Made by a program: the position numbers and the translations under genes. The notes under the pieces were generated by a model, which did not search any database, was not told the DNA's origin, and saw only the letters and a program-made list of their open reading frames with translations. From assembly GCA_031411135.1 (NCBI GenBank), contig JANOAN010000009.1, positions 7,175 through 71,174 of the forward strand: 64,000 nt of DNA, read 5' to 3'. This document shows, piece by piece, positions 20,305 through 31,298 of the stretch (position 1 is its first letter; the number at the start of each line of letters is the position of its first letter). The stretch comes from a bacterium (GTDB lineage: Bacteria > Patescibacteriota > Minisyncoccia > Phycocordibacterales > CAIZLB01).

Positions 20305-21090
20305 CTATTTATTATAAAGTTCGATTACTTTATTCCTCATTTCTTCCGTTACAACTTCTGGGCGTTCGAACAAGTTAACCTTATATACATCTCCGATATT
20401 TACGACTAATTTTCTTCTCCACAAGTCAGCTTTAATTCTTCTAAAAGAAACAGGTATAACCAGAGCATTTGTATTTCGCGCCAGGATTGCCGCACCCCAC
20501 TTGAAAGGTCCGATCGGATTAGCATCAGTTTTATCCATCCAGATTTTTCCTTCTGGGAAAATAGCTACGGTTCCACCTCTTTCTATAATATCGGCTGCAG
20601 GTATCGTTGCTATTTCGGCTCCCTTTCCATAAGTCACTTTTATTACTCCGAATAAAAGGTAGACTGCATGTAAAATTCCAGTGTATTTTAATACTTTTAA
20701 GTACAAATGGCTCACTTGTGTCGTACCCATGAATCTAAATGGTTGTATTCTTGAAAATGGAGAGACAAAGAGATCAAAAATGAAGCTGTCATACGAGCTA
20801 ATATGATTTGAAATAAATAATATTGGCTCTTTAATATCCTTTAACTTCTCTCTTCCGTTGATAGTTAGGTCAAAAAACGAATGGTAGAAAATATAAAAGA
20901 TTGGCCAGCATACAACTTGAAATACGTAAGAAATAAAGTGTCCAAATTGATAATTCATCTGTCTGATTATGTCTCCAAAGAACTTTCTACCTAGAAAAAA
21001 AGCGACTCTTTCAGAGTCGCCTTGTTTCCGGCTGATATTCTTAATAACGTTTGAGGAATTCTCTATCGTATGATCGTAATGTTGATTCAT
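20305..21090 (-). CDS. plsC: Lysophospholipid acyltransferase (PlsC family)
   Basis: SNHISSYD, IFPEG, FKWGAA; start refined to ATG 21090. Confidence 0.85.
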   Translation of the reverse strand: MNQHYDHTIENSSNVIKNISRKQGDSERVAFFLGRKFFGDIIRQMNYQFGHFISYVFQVVCWPIFYIFYHSFFDLTINGREKLKDIKEPILFISNHISSYDSFIFDLFVSPFSRIQPFRFMGTTQVSHLYLKVLKYTGILHAVYLLFGVIKVTYGKGAEIATIPAADIIERGGTVAIFPEGKIWMDKTDANPIGPFKWGAAILARNTNALVIPVSFRRIKADLWRRKLVVNIGDVYKVNLFERPEVVTEEMRNKVIELYNK

Positions 21091-21163
21091 TTGGTGACGC
21101 AATGTTGAGTGCGTCGCTGTAGCTATATAATAGCACATTTAAGCTTGATAAGCAACGTTGGTA

Positions 21164-21658
21164 CTATGCACGAGATGAATACAGCAAGGAAAAGAGAACT
21201 ATAATTAGCATAATCACAGTACCTGACGCCGAAGCCAAAAATAATTCTATTGGTGAGGACAAGTGATAAAAATCTGGCAATGCCAATGTCTGAAAAATTA
21301 TAATAAAACTTTCGGAAACTAAACCTAAAGATAAAAATATGGAATCTAAAATTTTATGTATTCCCTTCCTGCTAATTTCATAACCAATAATTCTCTGGAC
21401 AATATAGAAAATAAAAATATAAATAATAGTAAACAACCCAAGACGATAATTGAAATTATCACTAAAAAATCCGTCGGGCAAAATAGATGCAATCGGGTGC
21501 CAATGAGTAAAGGCCTGATAAAGCATCACTGCTGGAAAAAAAGAAATGAGAAGAACATAGAGAACTTTACGTCCTCTGTAAAAAGCGAGAAGTGTCATTA
21601 CTAAAATTACAATTCCGAGAGTTAAATTCTCTGGTATGACATTTAAAAAGTTCGGCAT
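21164..21658 (-). CDS. Hypothetical multi-pass membrane protein
   Basis: About 5 TM; start refined to ATG 21658; preceded by conserved leader motif. Confidence 0.7.
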   Translation of the reverse strand: MPNFLNVIPENLTLGIVILVMTLLAFYRGRKVLYVLLISFFPAVMLYQAFTHWHPIASILPDGFFSDNFNYRLGLFTIIYIFIFYIVQRIIGYEISRKGIHKILDSIFLSLGLVSESFIIIFQTLALPDFYHLSSPIELFLASASGTVIMLIIVLFSLLYSSRA

Positions 21659-21742
21659 TTGATTTTGCAAAATTTATGACCTCGTCACGAATCCGGCTCG
21701 ATTCGTGTCGCACGGTGTCGATTGAAGTGCGACTTCATTATA

Positions 21743-22822
21743 CTACAATCCTTCCTTTCTCAAATCCTCTATCAAGTTTTTTGCGTTCTTGGAAAGTTTG
21801 TGTGGAATATCAATAAAAACCTTAAGCATCAAATCCCCTCTCTTTGATCCATTGCTAATCACAAATCCACGATTTTTAATTCGCAAAATTTCACCATGTT
21901 GAATTCCTGCTGGAACTGGAACAGTAATAGACCCATCGACTGTTTCGATTTGTTTATCAGAGCCAAGAAGTGCATCCGAGATTTTAATTTTTAATTCACC
22001 TGCAATATTATTTCCTTCTTTTTTAAAGTTTAGACTCTTTGTAACGTGAATACGGATAAAAAGATCTCCGGCCGGCCCACCAGTGATTGCTTCACCTCCT
22101 CCAGTTAAGCGAACAGCTTCGCCGTCTTCTACACCCGCAGGAATTCGTACATTTATTTCATCATTTTTGTTTTCAATTCCACTTCCCTTACATTGATGAC
22201 ATTTTTCTTTTGGAATTTTTCCAGATCCAAGGCACACTTCGCACTGACGATTAACTGCAATTGATCCAAAAATAGATTGACGAACGTCTTTAATTTGACC
22301 CTTTCCTTTACAATTATCACAGGTTTTCATGTCAGTGCCCGGCTCGTTCCCTTCACCTTTACATCGTCCACACGCAGAATTTTTGCGAAGTAAGATTTTT
22401 CTGTCTACTCCATAGACAGAATCCTTGAATGAAATTTCAACATCAACCGCTATATCTGCACCTTTTCGAGCACGACCTCTGGCCCTTCCACCCCCTCCAA
22501 AAATTCCACCGAACAAGTCGCCCAAATCAAAACCTTCTTCTCCTCCAAATCCACCTTGAAATCCGCTAAAGTCAAAACCACCGAAACCTTGTCCACCTTG
22601 GAAACCTCCTTGACCTCCTGCTGTGCCAAATTGATCGTACTGTGCTCTTTTACTTTCATCGGATAATACTGAATATGCCTCGCTTGCCTCTTTGAATTTT
22701 GCTGAGTCCCCCCCCTCCTTGTCTGGATGATGCTGGTGTGCAAGTTTTCTAAACGCTTTTTTAATCTCGTCTTGGGAAGCGGTTTTTGAAACTCCTAAAA
22801 TTTTGTAGTAATCTTTGGCCAT
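21743..22822 (-). CDS. dnaJ: Chaperone DnaJ
   Basis: HPD J-domain, G/F region, four CxxCxGxG repeats. Confidence 0.97.
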   Translation of the reverse strand: MAKDYYKILGVSKTASQDEIKKAFRKLAHQHHPDKEGGDSAKFKEASEAYSVLSDESKRAQYDQFGTAGGQGGFQGGQGFGGFDFSGFQGGFGGEEGFDLGDLFGGIFGGGGRARGRARKGADIAVDVEISFKDSVYGVDRKILLRKNSACGRCKGEGNEPGTDMKTCDNCKGKGQIKDVRQSIFGSIAVNRQCEVCLGSGKIPKEKCHQCKGSGIENKNDEINVRIPAGVEDGEAVRLTGGGEAITGGPAGDLFIRIHVTKSLNFKKEGNNIAGELKIKISDALLGSDKQIETVDGSITVPVPAGIQHGEILRIKNRGFVISNGSKRGDLMLKVFIDIPHKLSKNAKNLIEDLRKEGL

Positions 22823-22827
22823 GGTTT

Positions 22828-24267
22828 TTATGCAGTTTTAGGAAAAAGTGGACTTGAGGGCTTTTTATTTGAAACGATGAATTCAGTAATTTTTTTACTT
22901 GTTTCCGGAAGAAGTGGTTCGAGCATGAGAGCGATATTGTAAAGTCTCGACACGTAATTTGTCAAAAAGTTCTTAGCTTTTTCTGCATCTATTTTTATAA
23001 GCTTGAATGGCTCTGTCTCAGAAATTTCTTGATCAAGTGAACCAATCTCCTTCCAAATCATGTCACATGCCAAATCCATCCGATAAGTATCCATATGTTG
23101 ATTCCATTTATTAGAAATCTTTACTTCTGAAATATTTACAGGTTTTTCTAAATACTTCTCAGACATTGTGAGAAGTCTTGAAGTTAAATTTCCTAATCCA
23201 TTCACAAGATGAGACTCGTAAGACTCTGCAAATAGTTTCTCGCTCATAGGAGAACCTTCGCCTGGATGTATGTGTCGCAAAACGAAATATCTAACAGCGT
23301 CGGTTCCATACTTTTCAATTAATAAAAGAGGGTCAACAACATTTCCTAAAGTCTTTGACATTTTTATTCCACCTTCTCCTAGAACAAACCCATTTACAAT
23401 TATTTGGTGAGAATTCTGAAGTCCCGCAGCCATAAGCATTGCCTGCCAAATTGCCGATTGTTGTTTCAAGTTATCCTGTCCGCAATATTGGGTTGGATTT
23501 CCTTCTGTCCAGTATTTTTTAAATTTTTCAGTGTCATTTGGCCAACCAAGAGCTGTAATATAGTTAGTCAAAGCATCAAACCACACATACATTACATGCT
23601 CATCATCCCCAGGAACCGGAACTCCCCATGCCATTTTACTTTTCAATCGAGAAATAGAAAAATCTTTTAAGCCACGAGAAACAAGACTTCTAATTTCCTT
23701 CATGCGACTTTCAGGAATTACAAACATTGGATTTTTTTCATATAAATCCAGAAGTTGTTTTTCAAAAGCAGAAAACTTAAAGAAATAATTTTCTTCGTCA
23801 ATAATTTGAATCTCCAAATTAGGATGATCTGGACACTTTCCATTCACAAGTTCTGAATCAGTCTTTTCAAGTTCACATCCCACACAATATTTTGTTTGAT
23901 ATCGTGCTTTATATATAAACCCATTTTTTTCTACAATCCTCCAAAATTCTTGCGCACCCATAACATGTTCTGGATTTGTGGTTCGACTGAAATGATAATC
24001 CTTATTTACTCCTAACTTATCCAAAAGATTTTTAAAGTTTTCTGAACCCTTGTCAACATATTTTTGTATTTCAATCCCTTCTTTTTTTGCAGCGTCATAA
24101 AGTTTCTGACCATGTTCGTCCGTACCAGTATTAAAAAATACGTCAAACCCCTGTGCACGTTTATAGCGCACCACAGCATCAGCACGAACGAATTCTAGTG
24201 CGTGCCCTGCGTGGGGGTTAGCGTTTACGTAAGGTAAAGTGGTGGTGAGATAGAAAGCTTTAGACAT
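22828..24267 (-). CDS. metG: Methionine--tRNA ligase
   Basis: [29 protein letters not shown]. Confidence 0.96.
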   Translation of the reverse strand: MSKAFYLTTTLPYVNANPHAGHALEFVRADAVVRYKRAQGFDVFFNTGTDEHGQKLYDAAKKEGIEIQKYVDKGSENFKNLLDKLGVNKDYHFSRTTNPEHVMGAQEFWRIVEKNGFIYKARYQTKYCVGCELEKTDSELVNGKCPDHPNLEIQIIDEENYFFKFSAFEKQLLDLYEKNPMFVIPESRMKEIRSLVSRGLKDFSISRLKSKMAWGVPVPGDDEHVMYVWFDALTNYITALGWPNDTEKFKKYWTEGNPTQYCGQDNLKQQSAIWQAMLMAAGLQNSHQIIVNGFVLGEGGIKMSKTLGNVVDPLLLIEKYGTDAVRYFVLRHIHPGEGSPMSEKLFAESYESHLVNGLGNLTSRLLTMSEKYLEKPVNISEVKISNKWNQHMDTYRMDLACDMIWKEIGSLDQEISETEPFKLIKIDAEKAKNFLTNYVSRLYNIALMLEPLLPETSKKITEFIVSNKKPSSPLFPKTA

Positions 24268-24378
24268 GGAATTAGGTGTTATTGTACCGCAAAGGGCAGG
24301 TCAATGCTATTGACATGTTGAATTAGTCGATGTAATGTATTTAGGTATTGTTCACCAAAACCAACCAAAAAACACCCG

Positions 24379-24681
24379 ATGATTCAAACAGCACCACAAG
24401 CCCCAACCGCACTAAATACCGAATTCGGTGTATTCCAAACCCTTGCCGATGGGACACTGTACTACTGCGTACCAGAGCGCATCAAAGCAAACATCGATCA
24501 GGCGTCTAGGGACGCCTTGAAGCACTTTAAATTCATGCCCCATCGTAAAATGGGACACTTCCAGTTCGAAGGAATCTCGTGTCTCATGAAGCAGGGAGAT
24601 AGTCCACTCGGTGTATCTCACCGCTGGAGCACAGCTTACAGGACAAGGAGGGAAGAACTTCGTTTACTTGGCTTGGCGTAG
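24379..24681 (+). CDS. Orphan hypothetical protein between dnaK and metG
   Basis: 100 aa; upstream TTGACA..TGTAAT promoter; terminator after stop. Confidence 0.6.
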   Translation: MIQTAPQAPTALNTEFGVFQTLADGTLYYCVPERIKANIDQASRDALKHFKFMPHRKMGHFQFEGISCLMKQGDSPLGVSHRWSTAYRTRREELRLLGLA

Positions 24682-24694
24682 CCACTGTCCCCGA

Positions 24695-24744
24695 CCCGCG
24701 AATCACAAAAGGCCCGCGCCTCTCGTGATTCGCGGGCCTTTTTG
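24695..24744. terminator. Bidirectional terminator with an alternative stem
   Basis: AAAAGGCCCGCG/CGCGGGCCTTTT and CCCGCGAATCAC/GTGATTCGCGGG. Confidence 0.75.
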
Positions 24745-24754
24745 TTTACTAACC

Positions 24755-26620
24755 CTACTTCGCCTCTGCATCATGCACCTTCCCCTCTCCACCATCCTCC
24801 TTTTTCGGTTCTTCTTTAGCATTCTTACTCATCGCCTCACCAATCTTTGAGAGCTCGGTTGATAGTGCTTCTGTTGCCGCCTTCAATGCTGCCATGTCTG
24901 TTCCCTCTTTAGCCTTCTTAGCATCAGCAATCTTTGCTTCAACTGCAGTGATTATATCTGTACCAACCTTGTCTTTATTATCCTTAACTGCCTTTTCCGC
25001 AGTGTAAATTAATTGTTCAGCTAAGTTTCTGACTTCAACTTCTTCTTTTTTCTTTTTATCATCAGCGTCATTCATTTCTGCATCTTTTTTCATGCGTTCA
25101 ATATCATCTTTTGAAAGACCTGATGAAGCCTCGATTCTGATTGATTGTTCTTTGTTAGAAGCCTTGTCTTTTGCTTTAACATTCAAGATTCCGTTCGCAT
25201 CTACATCGAATGAAACTTCTACCTGTGGCATTCCGCGAGGTGCTGGTGGGATTCCGTCTAAAATAAATCGTCCGAGGGATTTATTGTCCCGTGCCATAGC
25301 ACGTTCTCCTTGGAAAATATGAATTTCTACTGAGGTTTGATTGTCAGCAGCAGTTGAGAAAGTCTGCGAACGAGAAGTTGGAATAGTCGTATTCTTTTCA
25401 ATAAGTTTTGTTCCTACTCCTCCCATAGTTTCAATACCAAGTGATAGAGGAATAACATCAAGAAGCAAAATATCCTTTACGTCACCGCTGATAATTCCAC
25501 CTTGGATGGCCGCGCCTAGCGCCACCACTTCGTCTGGGTTGATAGACTTGTTTGGTTCCTTACCGAAATAATCCTTAACCATCTGCTGAATTTTTGGCAT
25601 TCGAGTTTGTCCTCCAACCAATACAACTTCGTTGATGTCTGTAATTTTAAAAGGAGATGCTTCTAGCGCTCGCTTTGTAATCTGCATGGCACGAGTTAAG
25701 AATTCATCTGCTATTTCTTCTAACTTTGCTCGAGTGATTTTCATAACCAAGTGCTTTGGACCATTGGCATCAGATGTAATGAATGGAATATTAATCTCTG
25801 ATTCAGTAGCAGTCGACAATTCAATCTTGGCCTTTTCAGCTGCTTCATCTAATCGTTGCATTGCAAGAGCGTCTCCACGAACATCTATCCCGCTGTCTTT
25901 TTTAAATTCATCGGCAATCCAATTCAAAACCTTGTAATCAATGTCTCGTCCTCCAAGTCGGTGGTCTCCGTCAGTTGACTTAACTTCTACTACATCATCA
26001 CCTACTTCTAGAATTGAAATATCGAAAGTTCCTCCTCCAAAGTCAAAGATTGCAATCTTTTCGTCTTTCTTTTTATTAAATCCATACGCAAGAGCGGCTG
26101 CGGTTGGTTCGTTAATGATTCGTAGAACATTCAAACCGGCAATTTTTCCAGCGTCTTTTGTTGCTTGTCTTTGAGAGTCATTGAAATAAGCAGGAACAGT
26201 AATAATAGCCTCAGTAATTTTTTCTCCAAGCTTTGCTTCTGCATCATTTTTTATCTTAGTTAGAATCATTGCTGAAACTTCTTCTGGAGAATAGAATTTG
26301 TCACCCATTTTTACTTGAACACCATTTGTAGAGGTCTTTCCGACTTCATAAGCAATAGTCTTCATGTCTGCCTGAACACCAGCTTCATCAAAACTGTGAC
26401 CGATAAATCGCTTGATACCCTGAACAGTATTCTTTGGATTTGTCACAGCCTGGCGTTTCGCAAGAAGACCAACCAATCTTTCATTCGTCTTTGAAATCGC
26501 GACAATCGAAGGAGTAGTACGAGCACCCTCTGCATTTTCAAGAATGCGAGGATCACCCGCTTCCATAATAGCGACTGCTGAGTTTGTTGTTCCTAAATCG
26601 ATTCCAATGATTTTTGCCAT
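24755..26620 (-). CDS. dnaK: Chaperone DnaK
   Basis: [32 protein letters not shown]. Confidence 0.98.
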   Translation of the reverse strand: MAKIIGIDLGTTNSAVAIMEAGDPRILENAEGARTTPSIVAISKTNERLVGLLAKRQAVTNPKNTVQGIKRFIGHSFDEAGVQADMKTIAYEVGKTSTNGVQVKMGDKFYSPEEVSAMILTKIKNDAEAKLGEKITEAIITVPAYFNDSQRQATKDAGKIAGLNVLRIINEPTAAALAYGFNKKKDEKIAIFDFGGGTFDISILEVGDDVVEVKSTDGDHRLGGRDIDYKVLNWIADEFKKDSGIDVRGDALAMQRLDEAAEKAKIELSTATESEINIPFITSDANGPKHLVMKITRAKLEEIADEFLTRAMQITKRALEASPFKITDINEVVLVGGQTRMPKIQQMVKDYFGKEPNKSINPDEVVALGAAIQGGIISGDVKDILLLDVIPLSLGIETMGGVGTKLIEKNTTIPTSRSQTFSTAADNQTSVEIHIFQGERAMARDNKSLGRFILDGIPPAPRGMPQVEVSFDVDANGILNVKAKDKASNKEQSIRIEASSGLSKDDIERMKKDAEMNDADDKKKKEEVEVRNLAEQLIYTAEKAVKDNKDKVGTDIITAVEAKIADAKKAKEGTDMAALKAATEALSTELSKIGEAMSKNAKEEPKKEDGGEGKVHDAEAK

Positions 26621-26651
26621 ATTTTATTTTTTAAATTAATTTGTTTTTATA

Positions 26652-27251
26652 TTATACCGTGTCTGTCAAGTTTTTCGCTTCGTATACGGAAACCATCGCT
26701 GGTCGAATTATTTTCTCTCCTGTTTTGTATCCCTTTTGAAGTACTACGGCGATCGTTCCATCCTGTGTTTTGTCTTCTGTAGGAACTACTTGAATTGAAT
26801 GATGTAAATTTGGGTCAAAAGTTTCACCAACTTCTCCAAATCCTGTAATATTGTTTTTACTAAACACGGCTAAAACTTTTTGATAAATGCCTTCTACTCC
26901 ACTTCTCCATTCTTTCGACACACTTTCCCATTTTTCCTTATCACCCATAGCTTGTTCAAATGAATCTAAGGTTGGAAGAAGTTCTTCTGCAAAATGAACA
27001 TTTGCATAACGGATCATTTCTATTTTTGATTCATCATCGCGCTTTTTTGCATTAACGTAATCCGCCTTCATTCTCTGCATTGACTCAAGATATTCCATCT
27101 TGGCTAGTTCAGCGTTTTTAAGCTTTTCCCGAAGCTTTTTTATAGTGTCTTTGGCTGTTTCACCTTCCTCTTCGAACACTACATCGTCTTCGGTTTCTGG
27201 GGAAATTTCAACTGCCTCCTCATCTTGGGGTTTTTTATTGTCGTCTTTCAT
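26652..27251 (-). CDS. grpE: Nucleotide exchange factor GrpE
   Basis: ADYVNAKKR, FDPNLHH, QKGY...IIRPAMV. Confidence 0.96.
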   Translation of the reverse strand: MKDDNKKPQDEEAVEISPETEDDVVFEEEGETAKDTIKKLREKLKNAELAKMEYLESMQRMKADYVNAKKRDDESKIEMIRYANVHFAEELLPTLDSFEQAMGDKEKWESVSKEWRSGVEGIYQKVLAVFSKNNITGFGEVGETFDPNLHHSIQVVPTEDKTQDGTIAVVLQKGYKTGEKIIRPAMVSVYEAKNLTDTV

Positions 27252-27292
27252 AAGTAGGGGTATTTTAAGGATTTATGGGGAGGAATGCAAGT

Positions 27293-27547
27293 TTAGATCG
27301 CAGACTCCTTATCTAGAACATTTACCTGGTAATCAGCAACAACCTGAACTTTAAGATTTTCAATATCCTCTCGTGTAATTTCATTAAAGCCTCTTGATCG
27401 AATAAAGTTCTCAATACTCTCTGGTGTAGGAACTTCGAAAGGAACACCCTCTCTTGTTGTGTCTACTCCAGACTGGAAATGGGTTATGACCATCTCTATT
27501 TGGTCTTCTCTGGTAACATTATTTGGCAATTGCTCTGGTGTGCTCAT
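27293..27547 (-). CDS. Hypothetical protein
   Basis: Acidic 84-aa ORF from ATG 27547. Confidence 0.55.
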   Translation of the reverse strand: MSTPEQLPNNVTREDQIEMVITHFQSGVDTTREGVPFEVPTPESIENFIRSRGFNEITREDIENLKVQVVADYQVNVLDKESAI

Positions 27548-27606
27548 TTTATTATGAATGTATGTATGGATAATATACACATTATATCACATGATACAAT
27601 AGCCCC

Positions 27607-27771
27607 ATGTCAAAATCTGCAATATGGATTGGAATGAGTGTAGGATCATTTATAGGTGGATTTATTCCTACACTTTGGGGAGATAATTTTATTTCTTTTA
27701 CTTCGGTGACATTAACGGCTGTAGGTGGAATAATTGGGATTTATGTTGCGTATAAATTGACAGAATATTAG
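27607..27771 (+). CDS. Small Gly-rich two-TM protein (below ORF-track cutoff)
   Basis: MSKSAIWIGMSVGSFIGGFIPTLWG...GGIIGIYVAYKLTEY, 54 aa; TACAAT 6 nt before ATG. Confidence 0.7.
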   Translation: MSKSAIWIGMSVGSFIGGFIPTLWGDNFISFTSVTLTAVGGIIGIYVAYKLTEY

Positions 27772-28029
27772 AGCACATAATTTCGGAAAGTGTTCTACAT
27801 ATCAATCGGCTCTATTAATGAGATTGTTCTGGTCACACCTTAATATTTTTCAAAGGAAGTTGCATATTATTGCAATTCGATGAGCACCTTCTAGATTCTA
27901 GAGGAGTTCTGACAAGCGCATGTTGCACAAACCGAAAAATTACGAATGGGAAGACTAGGCTATCTCTAAAAGGAACATCACCGTGAGGTGGTGTTTTTTT
28001 GCTTTTGTACAGCAAAAAAACAGATAAGG

Positions 28030-28064
28030 AAACGCCCGCCAGCTTGTGAAAGCCGGCGGGCGTT
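28030..28064 (-). terminator. Terminator of RCC1-like gene
   Basis: AACGCCCGCC..GGCGGGCGTT stem. Confidence 0.65.
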
Positions 28065-28082
28065 GATTCAGTCCCGATCAAA

Positions 28083-29363
28083 TCAGTTGTTGTAGATCGG
28101 ACTTCGCAGTCTCAGATACTGCTTATCACCTGAGGTCGACAACTCGATCCTCCAGTTGCCGCCCACCAGCGTTGGCGTTACGTTCAAGGATGAAAAATTC
28201 ACAAGGTCTGTGGTGACCTCAATTTTCCCCCCATACAATGGCATGTAGCCCAGGTGGAAACTTGGCCACTCGTACCTTGTGGTAGTAACACCCGAGACAA
28301 CGCTCAGGACTGTTGACGTAACTTGTGGTAGCCCTTCGACCAACAGCAAGGTGGCGTTTTTCTTGCACGCCACGTCATAAACGATACCACCAAGCCATTG
28401 CGGGACGTTTTCTTGTCCGACACTGCTTGAAACGTTTTGAAACATGGCACCACTCGCAGTATAGTTTTGAAAAATCGCAATTTCGTGCGATTCCCCTCCT
28501 GCCATTCCAACCACATTCTGGTAGCTGCCTGACGGCAACATCCATGCATGATTGAACCCGTTTCCATAGGCGTTCCCGTTCACGATAATCCAGCTGTAGC
28601 CGTTTCCAGCGTACACATCTGAGATATTTGTGTTATGGGGATCGTTAGCAAGGAGGATACCTTGGCCGAAGGTTGACACACCAAATCCTGTCATCACACC
28701 GTTCGTGACAATGGCCAGGAAATTGCTTCCGCCAGACATTGCCGTGATCTGATCTGTGTTTGCCCATGGTTTCAAAGTCCCCCCAGACGGGATTGCAGGC
28801 AACATTCTCGGCGCCGTACTTCCGCCATTGATGTCTCCCCATGCAGTTAGGCGAAATCGCCCGGAGGAAATGGGTAGGTTTGCATCATAGTAGTATACGA
28901 CTGTCGCGTTGTAGGTTGTAGCAAACCCCAGAACGCTGTAGTTCGAGGTCGGATTTATTCCTGCAAATGGGAACTGTCCGACACGATTTGCAGCATTTAG
29001 TCCGCGAGTCACGACTTTTCCATTATCGAGGACAAATGCCGAATGCTGGAGACCGCAGTCGATTGCAACAACCCGTGTTGCTCCGTACGTTGCACAATCG
29101 GCCTTTGTGAAGTTAGCCGCCCGGTTATCCGGGAAAGCTGTGTTTGTAAACCCGGCAACTTCCCCGTTTTCACGAAGTGCGAGGCCGAATCCATCTCCTG
29201 CCTTTACCGATATAGCGTCAGTGATGTTTGGGATCGCACTTTTGGGAAAGCTCCCAATTGCGACGATCCCTGTGTTCACCTGTGCAGATGCTGTTGAAGT
29301 TAAAATGAGGGTGATGAGTGTCAAAATGGCACTCCCGATGCTGTTTTTCGTTTTAGTTTTCAT
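28083..29363 (-). CDS. Secreted RCC1/BLIP-II-like repeat protein with Verrucomicrobia-like C-terminal domain
   Basis: Signal peptide; repeats such as AGDGFGLALRENGEV, CGLQHSAFVLDNGKV, AGGESHEIAI; C-term EVTTDLVNF...QYLRLR. Confidence 0.7.
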   Translation of the reverse strand: MKTKTKNSIGSAILTLITLILTSTASAQVNTGIVAIGSFPKSAIPNITDAISVKAGDGFGLALRENGEVAGFTNTAFPDNRAANFTKADCATYGATRVVAIDCGLQHSAFVLDNGKVVTRGLNAANRVGQFPFAGINPTSNYSVLGFATTYNATVVYYYDANLPISSGRFRLTAWGDINGGSTAPRMLPAIPSGGTLKPWANTDQITAMSGGSNFLAIVTNGVMTGFGVSTFGQGILLANDPHNTNISDVYAGNGYSWIIVNGNAYGNGFNHAWMLPSGSYQNVVGMAGGESHEIAIFQNYTASGAMFQNVSSSVGQENVPQWLGGIVYDVACKKNATLLLVEGLPQVTSTVLSVVSGVTTTRYEWPSFHLGYMPLYGGKIEVTTDLVNFSSLNVTPTLVGGNWRIELSTSGDKQYLRLRSPIYNN

Positions 29364-29417
29364 GAGGACAAAGTCCGATTGAAAAATAACACTAATTATG
29401 CACTTAGTCAATAGCTG

Positions 29418-29489
29418 TGACCCTACAGGGAATCGAACCCTGATTTAAGCCTTGAGAAGGCTCCGTCCTAACCGTTAGACGATAGGGCC
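29418..29489 (-). tRNA. tRNA-Glu (CTC)
   Basis: GGCCCTA acceptor, anticodon arm GAGCC-TTCTCAA-GGCTT, T-loop GGTTCGATTCC; CCA not encoded. Confidence 0.95.
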
Positions 29490-29512
29490 ATGACAGACAG
29501 TTTTACATAAAC

Positions 29513-31279
29513 CTAACGTACTGTCGAGGAAGCAGTGCTTGTTGCTGTGTTATTAACAACATCCCCCACTCCTCTATCCGGCGGAATTTGATAATAATTA
29601 ATTAAGTATTTTGTAAGTTCAATAAATGGCTTTGCCAAAGTTTCAGAAGCATAGTTCACGCCACGTGGGTTTACAGTGTAAAGAAATACAATAAATTTTG
29701 GATCGTAAGCCGGTAAAAATCCGATGAACGAGTGTAAATACTGATCCTCTTGATATCCCGCCCCCTTAATTGGAATCTGGGCAGTTCCAGTTTTAGCAGC
29801 AATAGAATATCTTGGATTTTTACTTTTACCATCAAGAAGAGAAGTGTCTACGTTATTAATAAGCATTCGTGTTACAGCAAGCGCCGTTTCCTCTTTGATT
29901 ACTCTCCCCCCTTTTTCAGGTTCAACATTTTTATCAATACCGATTCGATAATTAATCTCTTTTACCACGTGCGGTGTCACCAAATACCCGCCGTTGGCAA
30001 TAGTTGCCTCTGCACGAATAGTTTCAATCGGACTGATGGCAATACCCTGCCCGAACGCAGCTGTCACGAATTCAACATCATTATTGCGCTTCAAAGTATC
30101 AATCAGTCCTGATGCCTCATTCGGCAAATCGATTCCGGTTTTATCTCCCAATCCAAAGGATTCAAGATACTTTCTAAAAAGTGCATTGCCAACTTGCTGT
30201 TCAATAAAAACGAACCCCGTGTTCAAAGACTTAGCTAATGCGTACAACAGCGTAATTGTTCCGCGTCCTTTTTTGTCGAAGTTTGAAATAGTTCTATCAT
30301 TTACCTTAACCGATCCTTTGTCGTTATATGTTGTTGAAGCTGTAACCTTTCCAACATCGACCCCAACTGCCATTGTTAAAGGTTTAATAATCGAACCCAT
30401 TTCATACACAGATTCTACAAGGTCATTTCTAAGATCACCCAGATCAGAAACCGACCCTAAATTATTCGGATCAAACGAAGGTGTTTTCCCCATTGCATAA
30501 ATCTGGCCATTCATCGGATTCATGATAATTCCGCCGGTTAATTTAGAACCATACTGCTTTTCAATTCCGACTAACAAATCCTCCAAATATTTCTGCGTAT
30601 CTGGTTCAATACTTGTAACAATGTCACCTTCCATTTTTTCCCCATCAATGGAATTTTTAATATTAGAAAATATTTCAGCAAAGAAGTTCACATATACATC
30701 CTCACCACCTCGCCTTAAAGTTTCATCATAATACCTTTCAAGCCCATAACGACCGGCGTATTCATCACCCTTAAAACCCATAAACCCGAGCACATTTGAC
30801 GCTAAAGAACCACCTGGGTAGTAGCGCCACTTCTCTTTGTATATAGAAATTCCTGGAATCTTTAAATCTGTGATTTTTTTGCCAGTTGCTTCATCAATAT
30901 GCTTTGCAATTTCTTCGTATGAATCGTTTTGCTTGTTTGCCCTCATTGTAAAGTCCTGTTCATCAATTTCAAGAACCGCAGAAAGCTTTTTAAAAACTTC
31001 TGCAACACCTTCCGCGTTAGACTTCTGCAAAATTTTTGGATTAATTGCCACATTGAATCCAGTTTTCAAAGTAGCCGCTGAAATCAACTTCCCATCCTTA
31101 GTACTAAAATAAATCGTACCGCGATTGAAAACCTCGCCTGAAGAACGCTGGTATTGTCGGTCTGCACGGTCTGCGAAATCATCATAGTGTATGATCTGAA
31201 CAGAATAAAGCTTTGCCACAAGCATAAGCACAATGGCCAATATAAAAAATGAAATGATGCGGATGCGTTTCTGGAGCAT
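29513..31279 (-). CDS. ftsI: Class B penicillin-binding protein (FtsI/PBP3)
   Basis: RGTIY, YEMGSIIK, SLN, KTGTAQ; downstream of mraZ-rsmH-ftsL. Confidence 0.88.
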   Translation of the reverse strand: MLQKRIRIISFFILAIVLMLVAKLYSVQIIHYDDFADRADRQYQRSSGEVFNRGTIYFSTKDGKLISAATLKTGFNVAINPKILQKSNAEGVAEVFKKLSAVLEIDEQDFTMRANKQNDSYEEIAKHIDEATGKKITDLKIPGISIYKEKWRYYPGGSLASNVLGFMGFKGDEYAGRYGLERYYDETLRRGGEDVYVNFFAEIFSNIKNSIDGEKMEGDIVTSIEPDTQKYLEDLLVGIEKQYGSKLTGGIIMNPMNGQIYAMGKTPSFDPNNLGSVSDLGDLRNDLVESVYEMGSIIKPLTMAVGVDVGKVTASTTYNDKGSVKVNDRTISNFDKKGRGTITLLYALAKSLNTGFVFIEQQVGNALFRKYLESFGLGDKTGIDLPNEASGLIDTLKRNNDVEFVTAAFGQGIAISPIETIRAEATIANGGYLVTPHVVKEINYRIGIDKNVEPEKGGRVIKEETALAVTRMLINNVDTSLLDGKSKNPRYSIAAKTGTAQIPIKGAGYQEDQYLHSFIGFLPAYDPKFIVFLYTVNPRGVNYASETLAKPFIELTKYLINYYQIPPDRGVGDVVNNTATSTASSTVR

Positions 31280-31298
31280 GTATACTGGTTATTATAAC

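Noticed and set aside
27772-28030. Intergenic stretch with short palindromes, a terminator (~27973-28000) and a 12-codon ORF
   Set aside because: No convincing promoter-ORF unit or recognisable RNA family; insufficient support.
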